Positions 29,128 to 39,867 of a stretch of DNA of 64,000 nucleotides are shown in pieces (the first letter of the stretch is position 1; each line of letters starts with the position of its first letter). The notes below the pieces were generated by a model, which was not told where the DNA came from, made no database searches, and saw only the letters and a program-made list of their open reading frames with translations. Origin of the DNA: Cyanophyceae cyanobacterium (GTDB taxonomy: Bacteria; Cyanobacteriota; Cyanobacteriia; Cyanobacteriales; Laspinemataceae); contig JBBQFN010000001.1 of the NCBI GenBank assembly GCA_038321985.1, positions 96,001-160,000 on the forward strand, in the 5' to 3' direction. The position numbers and the translations under genes are program-made.

Positions 29128-29401
29128 TCGTTAAAACCTCAGTCTTTGTACCTACCTATTTTTACTTTATCAGATGGCGGCAAAGATCGATCCCTGGATC
29201 ATTAGCAATTTTCTGGAAGGCGATCGCTCAGTTGGACCGCTAGCATACCCGTTCCAGATTAGGCCGTTTGCAATATTCTCAAAAGGGGATGTAGTTTGTC
29301 CCGACTATTCTAAAAACAGTAAGTCGCTACAGGATTTCGCCCGTAGGGACTTAGTATTTGAAAGATTGGAAAGTTTAAAGATTATTGATGATACTTAGGT
29401 G

Positions 29402-29443
29402 TTGCCCCTAACCCTCTTCCGTTTGGGAGAGGATTAGGGGTAA
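29402..29443. terminator. Long GC-rich hairpin downstream of thiO-thiG
   Basis: ttgcccctaaccctcttcc-gttt-gggagaggattaggggtaa. Confidence 0.55.
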
Positions 29444-29476
29444 GGGGCTCAGAAACAGAGTTTTTGTGTGGTACTT

Positions 29477-31453
29477 TTAAGGGGCGATCGTGCCACTGAG
29501 AGGAGAACTTGCACTAGCGGCAGATTTTACCGGAATCCGACCGGCGAGATAGGCGAGGCGTCCGGCTTCCACCCCTTGTGCCATTGCCCTTGCCATTGCC
29601 ATCGGATTTTTGGCGAGGGCGATCGCGCTATTAATCAGGACCAAATCGGCCCCCATCTCCATTGCTAGGGCCGCTTCCGAGGGAACACCAATTCCAGCAT
29701 CCACCACAACCGGCACTTGAGCATTCTCGATAATAATCGCAATATTGGCAGCGGTACTAATTCCCTGCCCCGACCCAATCGGAGAACCCAAAGGCATCAC
29801 TGTAGCACAGCCCACTTCTTCTAATCGCTTGGCTAACATTGGGTCTGCATTAATATAGGGCAACACGGCAAACCCTTCTTTGACTAATTGTTCGGCGGCT
29901 TGCAAGGTGCCAATCGGGTCAGGTAGCAGATATTTCGGGTCGGGAATCACCTCTAATTTGACAAAATTATTCTCTTCTTGGCCGAGTAGTTTTGCCATTT
30001 CTCGACCCAATCGTGCTACCCGGATGGCTTCCTCAGCGGTTTGACATCCGGCAGTATTGGGCAGCATCCAGATTTTATTCCAGTCGATCGCCTCGGCTAA
30101 TCCTTCATGTCCCGGTGCATTGGTTTGGACCCGACGCACTGCCACTGTGACGATTTCGCAACCACTGGCGGTAATACTCTGCTGCATCTCCTCCATTGAC
30201 CGATATCTGCCGGTTCCCGTCATCAATCGAGACCGAAACGATCGCCCCGCAATGGTAACGGGCTGATCTAAGCTCTCTAACAAAGACCCCGGGGAGGCGA
30301 CTGGGGATTTGGCGGTGGCGTAGGTAAGGGAATTGCTCATGGGAGACTCTGTGGGTTGGGGGGATGGGGTAAAAAATCGCTGACTGTTAAAATGCCCTAA
30401 CAGGGGTTCTGCATTCTCATGGAGAATCCAATCGGCAATCAATGAAGCTGTAATCGGGGCTAGTAAAATTCCGTTGCGATAGTGACCTGTGGCTAGGGTT
30501 AAATTGGCAGTGGCACTCGGACCCAGAATCGGCCATTCATCCGGGGTTGCCGGTCGATATCCCCACCAGAATTCGCTGATAGGATAATCCGCCAGGGCTG
30601 GATACAGTCGAATTGCCCGTTCTAACAAGGCTTGAATTCCCCCTGGGGTGTTCCCGGGCGTAAACCCCACATCTTCACTGGTTGCGCCGATGATAATCCG
30701 GCCATCGCGTCGAGGAACGAGGTAGGTTTCGGGTCCAAATAACACCCGAGTTAGAGGCGGTTGCTCCGTAGGGGGGACTTGCACACAAAGCATCTGGCCT
30801 TTTTTGGGATAAACCGGAATCGGCAGGAGTTGATGACTCCAGGCCCCGGTGGCTAGGACGTAGTGGGAAGCGTGTAATTCTCCGAGGTTGGTCCGCAGGG
30901 CGACTGCCTGCTGTTGTCGCTGGATAATCCCCTCAATCATCACCCCTTCGCGAATGTCGATTCCCAATTCTCGGGCCGCAATTAACAAGGCGTTGGCGAG
31001 GGCGCGATTATCCACTTGTCCATCTTCGGGAAACCACCACCCCCCGACTACCGCTTTCCCTAAACCCGGTTGGTACAGGTCAAGGTGACTTTTATCAACC
31101 CAGGTGGCGGGAAAGGCTGAGTCAGTGGGGGAGGGGATTGTGGGTGGAGATAGTTGATAAACGGGTGCGAGGATACCCCCAGGCAAATAGCCGGTGGAGA
31201 CTCCGCTGAGGTCTTCTATTTTGCTAACCCAGTCGGGGTAGAGCGATCGCGATCGCAGGCACAGATCTAACATCGGTCCCGGGGGAACGGCCTCGGCTTG
31301 GGGGGCCAGCATTCCTGCGGCTGCGTAGGTTGCGCCCTCGGCTAAAGAGCGAACACAAACCGTCACCGATACACCTCGGAGTTTAAGGTCAATGGCAATA
31401 GACAAACCAATAATGCCACCGCCAATAATAAGGATATCGTTTGATGTTTTCAT
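29477..31453 (-). CDS. thiO-thiG: Fused glycine oxidase ThiO / thiazole synthase ThiG
   Basis: [16 protein letters not shown] and [11 protein letters not shown], followed by [31 protein letters not shown] and DAGIG. Confidence 0.95.
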   Translation of the reverse strand: MKTSNDILIIGGGIIGLSIAIDLKLRGVSVTVCVRSLAEGATYAAAGMLAPQAEAVPPGPMLDLCLRSRSLYPDWVSKIEDLSGVSTGYLPGGILAPVYQLSPPTIPSPTDSAFPATWVDKSHLDLYQPGLGKAVVGGWWFPEDGQVDNRALANALLIAARELGIDIREGVMIEGIIQRQQQAVALRTNLGELHASHYVLATGAWSHQLLPIPVYPKKGQMLCVQVPPTEQPPLTRVLFGPETYLVPRRDGRIIIGATSEDVGFTPGNTPGGIQALLERAIRLYPALADYPISEFWWGYRPATPDEWPILGPSATANLTLATGHYRNGILLAPITASLIADWILHENAEPLLGHFNSQRFFTPSPQPTESPMSNSLTYATAKSPVASPGSLLESLDQPVTIAGRSFRSRLMTGTGRYRSMEEMQQSITASGCEIVTVAVRRVQTNAPGHEGLAEAIDWNKIWMLPNTAGCQTAEEAIRVARLGREMAKLLGQEENNFVKLEVIPDPKYLLPDPIGTLQAAEQLVKEGFAVLPYINADPMLAKRLEEVGCATVMPLGSPIGSGQGISTAANIAIIIENAQVPVVVDAGIGVPSEAALAMEMGADLVLINSAIALAKNPMAMARAMAQGVEAGRLAYLAGRIPVKSAASASSPLSGTIAP

Positions 31454-31709
31454 TAAAATTTTAGGGTATTTTTTTTATAAAAATAGCGTTGCTCTGACGT
31501 GATCATCCCCAAGATTAGTTTAAAATTTTTCCTTTGACCGTAGGGTCAGGGCAGTGGCATATCGTTCCCGGGTGATCCTCCGATTTTATAGGATGGAGTT
31601 GCCTTAATGAATGGGAATAAACGGAGGTATAATTTAGGATAACGCCTTCTCAATTCAAGAAAAAATGTCCTTAAATTCTTAATTATTTAAAACTGAATGT
31701 CTGTGACCC

Positions 31710-32048
31710 TTAATCTTCCGCTGCCCAGACTGGATTCTCCCCTTGTCCCCAAAATCCCTCGTATTTTGTCACCTTTACATCACCTAACACTCGCGTTTGG
31801 CAGGCTAATCGGAGATTTTTTGCGGGAGAATGAGGAGGGAGAGATCGCCGCGTCCGGTCTCGCCAGTTGGGAAAAGAAACTTCCCCTTCAACCTCAACGG
31901 CACAAGTTCCACAACTGCCAATCCCGCGACAGTTAATCAGTTTAGCCTTGCCATTGTACAGGTCGGCTTCGTTGTCTAACAAAACCTGCCGGAGATTGGC
32001 ACCGCGATCGCACTCTAGGGTCTTTCCCTCAATTTGTACTTTTGGCAT
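31710..32048 (-). CDS. 2Fe-2S ferredoxin-like protein
   Basis: NCRGIGSCGTC...RLACQ. Confidence 0.9.
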   Translation of the reverse strand: MPKVQIEGKTLECDRGANLRQVLLDNEADLYNGKAKLINCRGIGSCGTCAVEVEGEVSFPNWRDRTRRSLPPHSPAKNLRLACQTRVLGDVKVTKYEGFWGQGENPVWAAED

Positions 32049-32113
32049 CTCAACTTACTCCCCGCATTCCATTCTCTATTTTTACACAATTTTTCTATTC
32101 AACTCCCAAAATT

Positions 32114-33736
32114 ATGAATGCAGACAGCCCCAACCGGATTTGGATCTACGACACCACGTTAAGAGATGGTTCCCAGCGCGAGGGGATGTCTCTGTCGATT
32201 GAGGATAAATTGCGAATCGCTCACCGCCTCGATCGCCTGGGCGTTCCCTTTATCGAAGGGGGATGGCCTGGGGCCAATCCGAAGGATGTCCAGTTTTTCT
32301 GGCGACTGCAAGAAGAACCCCTGCAAAACGCTGAAGTAGTGGCTTTTTGCTCCACTCGTCGCCCGGGAAAAACTGCCGCACAGGACCCAATGCTACAGCC
32401 CATTCTCTCCGCAGGGACCCGCTGGGTAACTATTTTTGGCAAATCTTGGGATCTTCATGTCACAGAAGGACTCAACACGACCCTTGAAGAAAATCTGGAG
32501 ATGATCAGCGATACTATCGAGTTTTTGCGGAGTCAGGGACGACAGATCATCTACGATGCTGAACACTGGTTTGATGGCTACAAAACCAATCCAAATTATG
32601 CCCTTAAAACCCTAGAAACGGCGATCGCAGCCGGGGCCGAATGGATTGTTTTCTGTGACACGAACGGCGGCACACTTCCCCATGAAATCAGCCAAATCAC
32701 GGTTAATGTTATTAAAACCTTACGCCAAAATACTGATACTTCTATCAATTTTGGCATCCACACCCACAATGACTCCGAAACAGCCGTTGCCAACGCCTTA
32801 GCTGCGGTCCTCGAAGGGGTACGAATGGTTCAAGGCACAATAAATGGCTATGGCGAACGCTGTGGAAATGCCAACCTCTGCTCTTTAATTCCCAATCTCC
32901 AGCTTAAACTCGGCTATGATTGTATCGACCCCAGTCACTTAATCAAACTAACGGAAACCAGTCGATATATTAGCGAAGTTGCCAATCTTGCCCCCGACGA
33001 TCATGCTCCGTTTGTCGGACTTTCCGCCTTTGCTCATAAAGGGGGAATTCATGTTTCTGCTGTGCAGCGTAATCCCTTGACTTATGAACATCTGCAACCG
33101 GAATTAATTGGCAATCAGCGCCGGATTGTGGTTTCCGATCAAGCCGGATTAAGTAATATTTTAGCAAAAGCGGAGAGCTTTGGGATTGACCTCAACAAAA
33201 AAGACCCCAAATGTCGGCAGATTTTAGAAAAACTGAAAGAGTTAGAAAATCAAGGATATCAATTTGAGGCGGCTGAAGCAAGTTTTGAATTATTAATGCA
33301 TGAAGCATTAGGCGATCGCCAAAAATTCTTTGAAATTAAAGGGTTCCATGTCCACTGCGAACAACTTGAAGGGATGACAAACGTTCTGGCAACGGTCAAA
33401 GTCGGCGTGAATGGTAAAAATATTTTAGAAGCTGCGGAAGGAAATGGCCCAGTTTCTGCCCTTGATGCCGCCCTCAGAAAAGCCTTAGTTAATTTTTATC
33501 CTGCCTTAGCGGACTTCCAACTTACGGATTATAAAGTGAGAATTCTGGATAGTGGGGCCGGAACTTCGGCCAAAACTCGCGTGTTAGTAGAATCAAGCAA
33601 CGGTCATCAACGCTGGACGACAGTTGGGGTTTCTCCTAATATTATTGAAGCCTCTTATCAAGCAGTGGTGGAAGGATTAGAATATGGTTTAATTCTTCAA
33701 AACCAAGTTAAGGAAGTCGTAGCGGCTTCCTCCTAG
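32114..33736 (+). CDS. cimA: Citramalate synthase
   Basis: YDTTLRDGSQREG, IEGGWPGANPKD, FGKSWDLHV, HTHND, GYGERCGNAN and AFAHKGGIH. ATG 32114 preferred. Confidence 0.93.
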   Translation: MNADSPNRIWIYDTTLRDGSQREGMSLSIEDKLRIAHRLDRLGVPFIEGGWPGANPKDVQFFWRLQEEPLQNAEVVAFCSTRRPGKTAAQDPMLQPILSAGTRWVTIFGKSWDLHVTEGLNTTLEENLEMISDTIEFLRSQGRQIIYDAEHWFDGYKTNPNYALKTLETAIAAGAEWIVFCDTNGGTLPHEISQITVNVIKTLRQNTDTSINFGIHTHNDSETAVANALAAVLEGVRMVQGTINGYGERCGNANLCSLIPNLQLKLGYDCIDPSHLIKLTETSRYISEVANLAPDDHAPFVGLSAFAHKGGIHVSAVQRNPLTYEHLQPELIGNQRRIVVSDQAGLSNILAKAESFGIDLNKKDPKCRQILEKLKELENQGYQFEAAEASFELLMHEALGDRQKFFEIKGFHVHCEQLEGMTNVLATVKVGVNGKNILEAAEGNGPVSALDAALRKALVNFYPALADFQLTDYKVRILDSGAGTSAKTRVLVESSNGHQRWTTVGVSPNIIEASYQAVVEGLEYGLILQNQVKEVVAASS

Positions 33737-33763
33737 AAGCAGGTTGAAGCGAAGCGATTAAAC

Positions 33764-33894
33764 TAAGTAGCTGAACCTAATTAAAGCCAATCTTCCATTT
33801 ACAATTAAAAACCTGGGAATTCCTGCGGAGGCAGGAATAATAGGCTCATAATCTTTGATTGCGAATATGGAGTTTATTTAGGTTTACCGAATTA
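33764..33894. mobile_element. MITE-like element (~131 bp)
   Basis: Terminal inverted repeats taagtagctgaacctaattaaa and tttatttaggtttaccgaatta (17/22 complementary); internal hairpin ttcctgc-ggag-gcaggaa; no ORF. Confidence 0.55.
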
Positions 33895-34091
33895 AGGGCT
33901 GGTTAAATCTCCGATTCTGTCCTTGGCCCAATTTCGGTTAGCGGATTTAAGATAAATCTCTGGGGAGGGAATAAATTAGAAGGGATAATCACCCAATCAG
34001 TCACTTGTTAAACTGTCACAAATGCTTCGGACACTGCCACCGACTAGAATAATAATAAAGTGATTCTTGATCGTCTAGGATTTTAGCCCTC

Positions 34092-35180
34092 ATGCAGCGC
34101 TTAGAAAATTCCACTACCTCTGAAATCAGATTTTCTCAAGTTCCCGAAGATCCTCGTATCGAACTCTGCGTTGCAGAAAGTTTAGGGGAATGCCAGGAAA
34201 ATTTATTACGAGTTTTAGTGGTAGCTTCTGGGGGTTGCACAGCGTTAAGTTTGTTAGCTTCGCCCATGGTTGGACAAATTGAAGCGGTGGATAGCAATCC
34301 GGCACAACTGCATTTGGTGGAGTTGCGCCGTCAGGCATTGGTACACTTACCCTTATTTGACCAGATGGCGCTGATTGGGGGCGATCGCACCACGACGGAT
34401 CGGGAACGACTGGACCTCTATAAGGAATTGCGGCCCTATCTTCCGGAAGCGACTTTATCTTTCTGGGATAATCGACTCGAACAAATTGCCTGGGGAGTCA
34501 ATCATGTAGGCCAATTTGAGACCCTTGCTGCCCAGTTAGCGGCCCAACTTTCAGCGTTGGGGTTAGATCCGCTTCACGATCCAGCACAGACTATTGCGGA
34601 TCCGGGGTGGCAAGACAGTTTCGAGTCCATTTTTACACCGGAGGAATCGGTCAAAATTTTTGGAGAAAGCGTGGTGAAGGGGTGGCAGGAATCCTCGTTT
34701 GCCAAGCATTTTGCTCAGAAGTTGGCAGGGGCTCTTAATAAAATGACTCCCACGGAAAACTATTTTATGACCCAACTGTTTGCCAACTCCTACGCGGAGG
34801 GTTCAAAAGGCGTCCCAGTTTATTTACAAGGTTTTGCTCAAGGCACGATTCAGGCCCTTGGCACCCACCGCCTTAAACTCCATTGCGGGCAGTTTTTAGA
34901 AAAAATCGTGGAACTGGGTAAATCCGGGGGATTTGACTTGATTTCTATGTCAAATTTTGGGGACGGGATGCCAACGGCTGAGTTAGGGGAGGCCCTCGCC
35001 ACTATCACAGGATACTTAAACCCCGGTGGAGCTTTAATTGGACGCCGACTCAATGGCAATGATGATTTAAGGGGGCTGATGGCACAGCACCTACGCGTTG
35101 ACTCGGAACTGAGCGCCAGACTGCTAGAAATGGAACGTTCTTACCTTTCTGAAGAGGTCGTTATTGGGTTTGCTGGATAA
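34092..35180 (+). CDS. DUF3419 / BtaA-like SAM-dependent transferase
   Basis: FSQVPEDP, VASGGCTALSLL, DSNPAQL, FDLISMSN and LNPGG motifs. Confidence 0.75.
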   Translation: MQRLENSTTSEIRFSQVPEDPRIELCVAESLGECQENLLRVLVVASGGCTALSLLASPMVGQIEAVDSNPAQLHLVELRRQALVHLPLFDQMALIGGDRTTTDRERLDLYKELRPYLPEATLSFWDNRLEQIAWGVNHVGQFETLAAQLAAQLSALGLDPLHDPAQTIADPGWQDSFESIFTPEESVKIFGESVVKGWQESSFAKHFAQKLAGALNKMTPTENYFMTQLFANSYAEGSKGVPVYLQGFAQGTIQALGTHRLKLHCGQFLEKIVELGKSGGFDLISMSNFGDGMPTAELGEALATITGYLNPGGALIGRRLNGNDDLRGLMAQHLRVDSELSARLLEMERSYLSEEVVIGFAG

Positions 35181-35453
35181 CTGGGCGATCGCTTGATTTA
35201 TAACGGGATTTAACTCCGAATGGGGAGTAGAAATAGCCTATCCCTGGGAACTGGACACCCCCACTTATCCTCCGGTGAAAGGCTCTGACGTCTGTAGTTT
35301 TCTGGTGCAAACTCTTTTTAGTGAGGGAAATTCTCCTCAATTGGGTTGTTTTCTCACTGAAGCGAGATAAAATTGGGAATGAACAAACACTCACTTATTT
35401 GCATCTAAGACCAAGGCAACAGTCGTCGTTACATTAAGGGTGAGAGAACTGCT

Positions 35454-37067
35454 GTGATTCCGCAAGATTTTTTAAAAGTGGTAACCGTCGAACGGGGCGT
35501 GTCGGACTCGGAAATTCAGGTATTATCTTATGCTCTGCATGGTGAGTCGATCTCCGCGATCGCAATTAACCTGGGCATTCGACCCGAAGCAGTGCGAAAA
35601 CGACTCGGTGAAGTCTACAAAAAATTTAAAATCGGGGGCGCGGGACCCGGTAAAATGGCAAAGTTACAACAGATTCTCGTCAGCGAGTATCAGGACCATC
35701 AGACGGGGATCACGTTGAACAGTGAGGGAATCAACGAGGGGTCCGGGTCTGGTGTTAAATCGATCTATGATTGGGGCGAGGCACCGGACAGTTCCATTTT
35801 TTATGGACGCGATCGCCAACTGGCAACCCTGGAACAGTGGATTTTAGAGCAAGAGTGCCGGGTGGTATCCATCCTAGGAATGGCAGGGATAGGCAAAACG
35901 GCGCTTTCGCTCAAACTCGCACGGCAAATCCAAGAGCAATTCGATACGGTGTTATGGCGAAATTTGAGTCAGGGTCCACCCCTGAGTGACCTCGTGGATA
36001 ATCTACTTAAATTGCTCTACTCTCGCCAGGGTGCTTATTGCGTTCCGGAACTTAATGATAAAATCTCTCTGCTTCTGGAATATTGTCGCCGCCACCGCTG
36101 TTTGTTAATCTTCGATAGTGTGGACAGCATTTTACAAAGGGGCGAACTTTCAGGACAGTATCAAAGCGGGTATGAAGACTATGGAGACTTTTTTAAGCGG
36201 CTTTCGTGCCAATCCCACAAAAGCTGTCTTCTGATTACCAGTTTGGAAAATCCGAAAGAAGTTAGCGTACAAGAGGGGAATTATTTACCCGTGCGCTCTC
36301 TACAATTGACGGGTTTAAATGCGGATTCAGCTACTCAAATTTTAAAAGACAAAGGATTGATTGAACAACCTGATTGGTCAATTTTATGTGACCTATATCG
36401 AGGCAATCCTTTAGAACTCAAAATTGCTGCAACTACCATTCAAGAATTATTTGGCGGTCAAGTGGCAGAATTTCTCAAACAAAGTACATTAGTTTTTGGA
36501 GAGATTGGGGAGTTGCTCGCCCACCAATGCGATCGCTTATCGGAGTTAGAAAAAGAAATTCTCTATTGGCTGGCGATCAAGCGTCAACCGATCTCCCTGG
36601 AATGTTTACGCCAAAGTATGTTGCTGCCCGTATCGTTACAGGAATTATTAGAAGCAGTCGCTTCCCTGGGACGGCGATCGCTCCTAGAAAAAATAGCGGA
36701 CACTGACTGCGCCGTGTTCTCTCTTCAGCCAGTTTTGCGAGAATATGTAACGACAGCATTGGTGGCTCAAATTTTTGAAGAATTACAGGAAGTTTTTAAC
36801 ACCAAAAACCCCGAAAAGTTTCTGCTCTTGCGCAGCCATGCCCTGGTGCAACGCGATGCAGAACACCAGGTCCAACAGGAACAACTCCATCACATGATTA
36901 CTCCCTTGGGCGATCGCCTCCGACGGACGATCAGAAGTGAAAGTAGAATCGTAGATTATTTAACCCAAATTGACACCCTCTTACAAGGCGAACCTACCCT
37001 GGAAGTGGGCTATAGCAGCGAAAATGTCAAAAATCTCTTGAAATCCCTTCAACCGCAGACAAAATAA
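35454..37067 (+). CDS. N-terminal HTH + NB-ARC (STAND) NTPase without WD40 tail
   Basis: AVRKRLGEVYKKF HTH, DWGEAPD..FYGR, Walker A GMAGIGKT, Walker B LLIFDSVD, GNPLELK. Confidence 0.88.
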   Translation: MIPQDFLKVVTVERGVSDSEIQVLSYALHGESISAIAINLGIRPEAVRKRLGEVYKKFKIGGAGPGKMAKLQQILVSEYQDHQTGITLNSEGINEGSGSGVKSIYDWGEAPDSSIFYGRDRQLATLEQWILEQECRVVSILGMAGIGKTALSLKLARQIQEQFDTVLWRNLSQGPPLSDLVDNLLKLLYSRQGAYCVPELNDKISLLLEYCRRHRCLLIFDSVDSILQRGELSGQYQSGYEDYGDFFKRLSCQSHKSCLLITSLENPKEVSVQEGNYLPVRSLQLTGLNADSATQILKDKGLIEQPDWSILCDLYRGNPLELKIAATTIQELFGGQVAEFLKQSTLVFGEIGELLAHQCDRLSELEKEILYWLAIKRQPISLECLRQSMLLPVSLQELLEAVASLGRRSLLEKIADTDCAVFSLQPVLREYVTTALVAQIFEELQEVFNTKNPEKFLLLRSHALVQRDAEHQVQQEQLHHMITPLGDRLRRTIRSESRIVDYLTQIDTLLQGEPTLEVGYSSENVKNLLKSLQPQTK

Positions 37068-37624
37068 GCGATCGCGAGTCACAGCAGGGGAAGGGCGCAT
37101 GGAGTCCCAACCCCTTACCCTTTAACCTTGAGCCGATGCGGTGAGTAACTCGGCTCAATCCTCACCATCGGGTCCATTTCGCCAATTTACCGAATCTCCC
37201 CAGGCCATGTAAAACAACTTCTAAAATTTGTGATAAAATAATTCCGTAGAGAAAAACCTCTACGATTAAAGTCAGACCCACTCCGTACCCACCGCAAGCC
37301 CCAAAGCAAGCTCAACTCTCCAGAAGTTCGACTTCTGCCGTCGGCGATCGCCTTGGAGATAGATTGGCTATCCGTGAGGAAGCTGATCGCGCTTCTGAAC
37401 TGTTGCAGGTAGCCCCAAAAGATTTAATCCTTGCCGAAATGCGGTGTATTTTCCAGTTATGGAAAGCACCGTTTATCCTATGCCCATCGATGCGATCGCC
37501 ATTCAGGGCAAGCGTAACCGATAGAGTGATGGGTGTCCTCACACCCAGAACAGAAGCAATCGGAAACCGGGTTAAACACTTTCGGGAGTCCAAATCCAGG
37601 CGATTAGTTAAAAAAAATTAAAAA

Positions 37625-37653
37625 TAGACTTGCCAAAAGCAGCGTGCTACGAT
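37625..37653 (+). promoter_or_regulatory. Candidate sigma70-type promoter far upstream of DUF4327 gene
   Basis: TAGACT-N17-TACGAT with extended TG, preceded by an A-rich tract. Confidence 0.4.
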
Positions 37654-38201
37654 AAAAGATATAAAGTAGCTTTTCGACCGATTACCGAATCTAGGATGTT
37701 TCCGAACCGGCGCTCAACCTACTAAAGTTGAGGGTTGGCGCTCAATGAAAATAACGAAGATAGCGTGGACCGGCATTTTTCACCGTCGAGAACCCATTAT
37801 CATTCCTCCCATTGCCCTAGAAGGATCGGCCAGAGCAAAAAGAAAGGACTTTCCAATGGTTCAAAACGTTTCCTTAGCTTCAGGGGGTTTACACAAACCG
37901 TGCAAATCTCCGAATTATATACCCTGTTCGTCTGGAAGTGTGTCAAGGCCGATGCTAAACGGACTCGATGGCCTAACTAACTTGACAAGGTGAAAGTGAT
38001 GGTAAAAAAAGTGCCTGCACTTTTTTTTAAAAGTTCTGGAAGCGGAAAATTCATATCTTCGCGTTGGAACGGCATACCCGTCCAGCAAAAATCCACCGTC
38101 AACTCTACGAGGATGGCGCATAAAACCTTGCGAAGTATGGTAGGAAGATTGGAAAGCAATTGTTATGTTGTTAGAAGTTTTTGCAAAATTAAAGAGGTAT
38201 T

Positions 38202-38423
38202 ATGACCCAGCAGGTTTGTCATTCGATGGATAAATTACAGCGTCAGGTGCGATCATTAGTAGACTCAAAAATCCTCAAACCCACTGATAGTCTATGGAAA
38301 ATAGCCTTTCTTTATGGCGATGAATGGGCGTACTGGAAAAAAGAATTACTTGAATTTGGCTTTTCGATGAAAGATCCTGTGGTTCATCTTTTGGCGGTAG
38401 AAACCTGGGAAGAAGAGGAGTAG
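38202..38423 (+). CDS. DUF4327 family protein
   Basis: GAGG RBS; KLQRQVRSLVDS...WKIAFLYGDEW.YWK.EL..F.FSM.DP. Confidence 0.85.
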   Translation: MTQQVCHSMDKLQRQVRSLVDSKILKPTDSLWKIAFLYGDEWAYWKKELLEFGFSMKDPVVHLLAVETWEEEE

Positions 38424-38544
38424 AAGTCTAGGAACTTATAAAATTCCGGAAAACAAAAAACAGAGGAGCGATCGCCTGTGCCGTTACCGATTAGCGCAAC
38501 TAAAGCTGAGGGTTTTCGCTCATCTGTCTTCCCAAATAACTTAT

Positions 38545-39789
38545 TTATAAGCACCGAGATAAAGCCCGAGCCAGTTCCGCAGCAGTTTGATAGCGATCGC
38601 TGGGTTTGGCTTCGGTGGCCTTTTCGATTGTTCCTCGGACTTCGGGAGTAATGCGCGGATCTCCTTTGAGATTAAACCCATAGCCAGAACCGCGAAGCTC
38701 AAAAAATTTCTGAGGACTCTCCCCAGTTAGTAAAAAAATCAACGTCGCACCGATCGCATAAAGATCCGACTGAGTTAATGGCTCACCTCGGTTCTGTTCC
38801 GGTGCCGTATAATCTGGTGCCCCAATGCAAGTACCCAAGGGCGTGCCAATTTCCTTAACTGCCCCAAAATCTAGCACTATAATCCGATTATCCAGAGTCC
38901 GCACCATCAAATTGGCCGGTTTAATATCCCGGTGTACGATGGGCGGATTTTGGGCATGAATATACTCCAATACCTCACAAGTTTGAATCATCCACTCGAT
39001 CGCCTGGGATAAGACGATCGGACCCCGGTGATAAACCCGCTTTTCCAAATCTTCACCGTGGATCATCGCCATTGCCAGATATTTTTTGCCCTGATCCACA
39101 AAAAAATCATAAAACTGCGGGACCCCTGGATGATTCAACCCCTTTAGAATCCGCGCTTCCCGCTCAAATAATTCCCGTGCTTTGGGAATGCGCGTCATAT
39201 CAGCGTTCATTTCCTTTAACACCAACATTTGAGGACGGGGGTTGCTTTCCTGGGGTGGCACAAAGGCTAAATAAGTTGTCCCCATTCCCCCTTGACCCAA
39301 GGTTTTCAAAATTTGATACTCTCGGATCTGTCGTTCAACGTGAATCGGCTGGCCGCAGTGAATACAAAAGAGGGTATGGGGAGGATTATTGCGATGAGTG
39401 CAAATCGCCTTCAGAGGCGAGGAAGGAGGCGGTGGCGGTGATGCTGCGGAGGGTTCTAGGATAAATTTTAAGAGTGGACCTCCTCGGGCTAACTGAATCA
39501 GCGCCCCATTACTGAGGCGCGATCGCTGGGCCACGTGACCATTGACAAATGTGCCATTGGTCCCGTGATTGATTAACTGCCATACTTTACCGTGAGTGCT
39601 ATCCTCAATTAGATGCAACTCCAAATGGAGGCGGGACACTACCGGATCATCAATCACTAGATCATTCTGTTCGGGCGATCGCCCAATGCGAATCACATCC
39701 GCATTCTCAAATCGCCATTGTTTAATCGGAGAATTCGTGTCGTCTACCAGAACCAGAGTAACCACTTCGGAAACTCCCCAAAACATCAT
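38545..39789 (-). CDS. FHA-domain Ser/Thr protein kinase
   Basis: IGRS/VSRLH/GTNGTFVNG FHA domain, a zinc-ribbon-like C/H motif, GQGGMG, HRDIKPAN, DFG and APE. Confidence 0.93.
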   Translation of the reverse strand: MMFWGVSEVVTLVLVDDTNSPIKQWRFENADVIRIGRSPEQNDLVIDDPVVSRLHLELHLIEDSTHGKVWQLINHGTNGTFVNGHVAQRSRLSNGALIQLARGGPLLKFILEPSAASPPPPPSSPLKAICTHRNNPPHTLFCIHCGQPIHVERQIREYQILKTLGQGGMGTTYLAFVPPQESNPRPQMLVLKEMNADMTRIPKARELFEREARILKGLNHPGVPQFYDFFVDQGKKYLAMAMIHGEDLEKRVYHRGPIVLSQAIEWMIQTCEVLEYIHAQNPPIVHRDIKPANLMVRTLDNRIIVLDFGAVKEIGTPLGTCIGAPDYTAPEQNRGEPLTQSDLYAIGATLIFLLTGESPQKFFELRGSGYGFNLKGDPRITPEVRGTIEKATEAKPSDRYQTAAELARALSRCL

Positions 39790-39867
39790 TGAAACTCAGT
39801 CTATAAACTGATCACAGTACAGCGGATCACCGAAAAAAAAGGTTTTTTCTTTCGGTGTCCGGGCCCT

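Noticed and set aside
29477..31453. thiO-thiG fusion as a novelty
   Set aside because: This fusion is already known in cyanobacteria.
31454..31709. TPP riboswitch upstream of thiO-thiG
   Set aside because: No GCTGAGA or CCTGAT/GCGTAGGGAA-type conserved segments found on the minus strand.
37312..37621. Overlapping ORFs downstream of the NB-ARC gene as a split WD40 tail
   Set aside because: No GH/WD repeat pattern in the frames I read.
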